Assembly: GCA_964636195.1 (NCBI GenBank)
Contig: CAZWQR010000003.1
Location: forward strand, 1-42,297
Length of the DNA: 42,297 nt
Origin: an uncultured Candidatus Saccharibacteria bacterium
GTDB lineage: Bacteria; Patescibacteriota; Minisyncoccia; Minisyncoccales; PEYH01
Reading direction: 5' to 3'
The position numbers were made by a program, and so were the translations under genes. Position 1 is the first letter of the stretch, and the number at the start of each line of letters is the position of its first letter. Under the pieces are notes generated by a model that was given only the letters and a program-made list of their open reading frames with translations, did not search any database and was not told the DNA's origin. Shown here piece by piece: positions 40,996 through 42,297 of this stretch.

Positions 40996-41449
40996 ATACC
41001 AATTTAGCAATAAAATATATTAAAATGCCAATTAAAAAATTATAGAGAATCGTAAAAACATTGAAATAATGCGGTCTAAAAATATTGAACAGAAAGAAAA
41101 CTAAATAGTAAAAAATTAAACTAGCTCCTAAGACAATGCAAAAACTCCAAAAACTGGTAGCCAAAAAGTATTTTTTAATCTTTTCTATTAGTAAATAAAT
41201 TAAGAAAAAAAGCAAAATAACTAAACCAAAGAAATGGGAGGAAAAAATATCAATAAAAAACCCAGCAAAAAACGATAATAAAAATCCTTCGTTAATTTCT
41301 CGTTTTTTCTTAAAAAACAAAACGATTAAAACCAACAACACTAAATTCAAACAAGTATTGTGCCAAGCGAAATGGATTAAAAAACTGCTCTGGAAAATAG
41401 TCAGTAAATAAAAGAAAAGTATAAAAGCTAAAGATTTAATCCAGCTCAT
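40964..41449 (-). CDS. mreD: rod shape-determining protein MreD
   Basis: Small polytopic membrane protein located between mreC and PBP2. The call is positional plus hydrophobicity pattern. Confidence 0.7.
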   Translation of the reverse strand: MSWIKSLAFILFFYLLTIFQSSFLIHFAWHNTCLNLVLLVLIVLFFKKKREINEGFLLSFFAGFFIDIFSSHFFGLVILLFFLIYLLIEKIKKYFLATSFWSFCIVLGASLIFYYLVFFLFNIFRPHYFNVFTILYNFLIGILIYFIAKLVYVFTEQWFSK

Positions 41450-42230
41450 TTTTTAAAATAACCAATAAATTAGTATTTTTAGCTATGTCAAAAAAAGGTT
41501 CCACGCTTGCTTTCTGAAAGGGCGCTAAATCAGTTCTTTCGATATCCTTTATCTTTCCCACTAAAAGCCCTTGAGGAAATCCACCCTCTAAACCGGCCGT
41601 GCTTATTAAATCTCCTGAGCTTAGCTCCTCCTCTTTGGGCACTAAATCTAAGAGCACCCTTCCTTGGCCAATCCCCCTTAATAAGCCGTTGATCTTTTCT
41701 CCTTTAACCTCAACACTGAATTTTGTGTCTTGGTCTGAAATCAACAACACCTTTGAAGTTTTATCGTAAACTTCCACAATACGGCCTACTAAAACATTCT
41801 GAAAATTCATTACAGTCATTCCTTTTTCAATCCCGTCAAGTTTGCCTTTGTTAATTAAAAGGAAATCCTCATCAGTATTTCTTAAAATAGGCCTTGCTTC
41901 TTTTAGTAAAAATTTTTGGGCGATGCCCAACTCAAAGGCAGTCCTTAGTCTCTGGTTTTCTCTCCTTAAATCCTCTAGCTCTACCAAACGAGATAAAAGT
42001 TGCTCATTTTCATCTTTTAAAAACTGATTTTCCTTTTTAATTTTGGTAAAAAAGAAAAGCCCTTCAAAAAAATCAGAGCTTTTTTTGCCGGCCTCAAAAA
42101 AATAATTCTCTAGGGGTTGGCTTACATTATAAAAAAAACCTCTCAAAGATGTTTGAAAAAAAAGAACTAAAAAAAACAGCACAAATAGAGCAAATAATCT
42201 TATTATCTTATTATTTCTTACCAGGGACAT
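41436..42230 (-). CDS. mreC: rod shape-determining protein MreC
   Basis: N-terminal TM helix, a coiled coil (ENEQL..RL.ELE.LRRENQRLR) and C-terminal beta domains (G..VGRV, GG.FP.GL.VG.I). Confidence 0.88.
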   Translation of the reverse strand: MSLVRNNKIIRLFALFVLFFLVLFFQTSLRGFFYNVSQPLENYFFEAGKKSSDFFEGLFFFTKIKKENQFLKDENEQLLSRLVELEDLRRENQRLRTAFELGIAQKFLLKEARPILRNTDEDFLLINKGKLDGIEKGMTVMNFQNVLVGRIVEVYDKTSKVLLISDQDTKFSVEVKGEKINGLLRGIGQGRVLLDLVPKEEELSSGDLISTAGLEGGFPQGLLVGKIKDIERTDLAPFQKASVEPFFDIAKNTNLLVILKNELD

Positions 42231-42236
42231 ATTGTT

Positions 42237-42245
42237 ATCTTAACA
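42237..42245 (-). promoter_or_regulatory. extended -10 (TGtTAAGAT) 6 nt upstream of the mreC ATG
   Basis: Minus-strand TGtTAAGAT, then aacaat, then ATG at 42230. No SD. Confidence 0.4.
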
Positions 42246-42297
42246 GAAAAACAAAATCTTTAAAAGATTATAAAAGCATAGGCATTGTAAGAGGGCT

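Noticed and set aside
7640-41010. Longer N-terminal extensions given by the ORF track. These are 7708 (GGDEF), 11135 (orphan protein), 13292 (rarA), 14546 (uppS), 30448 (hpt), 35413 (femAB-2), 38828 (lysS) and 41010 (PBP2).
   Set aside because: All begin at TTG or GTG codons that fall inside promoter hexamers, terminator T-runs or SD sequences. A downstream ATG (TTG for GGDEF) has better signals and gives N-termini matching the families. The uncertainty remains about +/-10 codons.
39826-42027. Plus-strand ORFs inside PBP2 and mreC (39826-40008, 41507-41692, 41842-42027).
   Set aside because: They are shadow ORFs opposite motif-supported genes.
1-42297. Alternative genetic code (UGA recoded, as in some CPR lineages).
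   Set aside because: TGA terminates several conserved genes at the expected lengths (ftsW, the S41 protease, murF, femAB-2, lysS), and no conserved gene requires read-through of an in-frame TGA.

Overview
The window is a densely packed, low-G+C chromosome segment (about low-30s % by eye) that uses the standard genetic code: TGA, TAA and TAG all end conserved genes at the expected lengths. Gene content and style point to a small-genome, CPR/Patescibacteria-like bacterium, but that is an inference with no marker RNA to confirm it. The style features are short overlapping genes, scattered peptidoglycan and cell-division genes, FemAB paralogs, GT-C glycosyltransferases and few Shine-Dalgarno sites.

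Recognisable genes:
- Cell wall and division: murD-ftsW-murG, ftsQ-like, two FemAB-family transferases, murF with a membrane N-terminus, mreC-mreD-PBP2.
- Translation: gltX, serS, lysS, L27, L9, tRNA-Lys(UUU), a DUF167-TsaC fusion.
- Chaperones: grpE-hsp20-dnaK-dnaJ.
- Nucleotide and isoprenoid metabolism: prs, hpt, idi, uppS.
- Other: a Xer-type tyrosine recombinase, rarA, an S41 protease, two GT-C/PMT-like glycosyltransferases, a DegT aminotransferase, a GerMN protein.

The accessory-looking stretch at about 7-12 kb holds a sensor-less GGDEF cyclase, a five-gene operon (PEBP, two tandem Cas4-like PD-(D/E)XK nucleases, TspO, a small 4-Cys protein), an orphan membrane protein and an HD (SpoT-like) hydrolase. 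I saw no rRNA, CRISPR array, transposase or phage genes.

Observations I consider most worth follow-up:
1. Native operon-first genes almost all carry a -10 box 6-9 nt upstream of the ATG and no SD, which suggests leaderless mRNAs. A minority of visibly G+C-richer single-gene cassettes all carry canonical GGAGG sites. These are ORF50, GGDEF, the orphan membrane protein, prs, hpt and the PKD lipoprotein.
2. The tandem nuclease operon.
3. A repeat-dense intergenic element with a perfect 24-bp inverted repeat around a perfect DnaA-box 9-mer.
4. A lysS-serS-hydrolase-femX-murF-degT operon, in which MurF has a polytopic membrane domain in place of its normal N-terminal domain.
5. A strongly G+C-rich PKD lipoprotein with a (CPPP)3 proline hinge.
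6. An unlisted 57-aa repeat mini-ORF after PBP2.

None of these can be called a proven new system from sequence alone. All family calls rest on motif recognition by eye, not on database searches.
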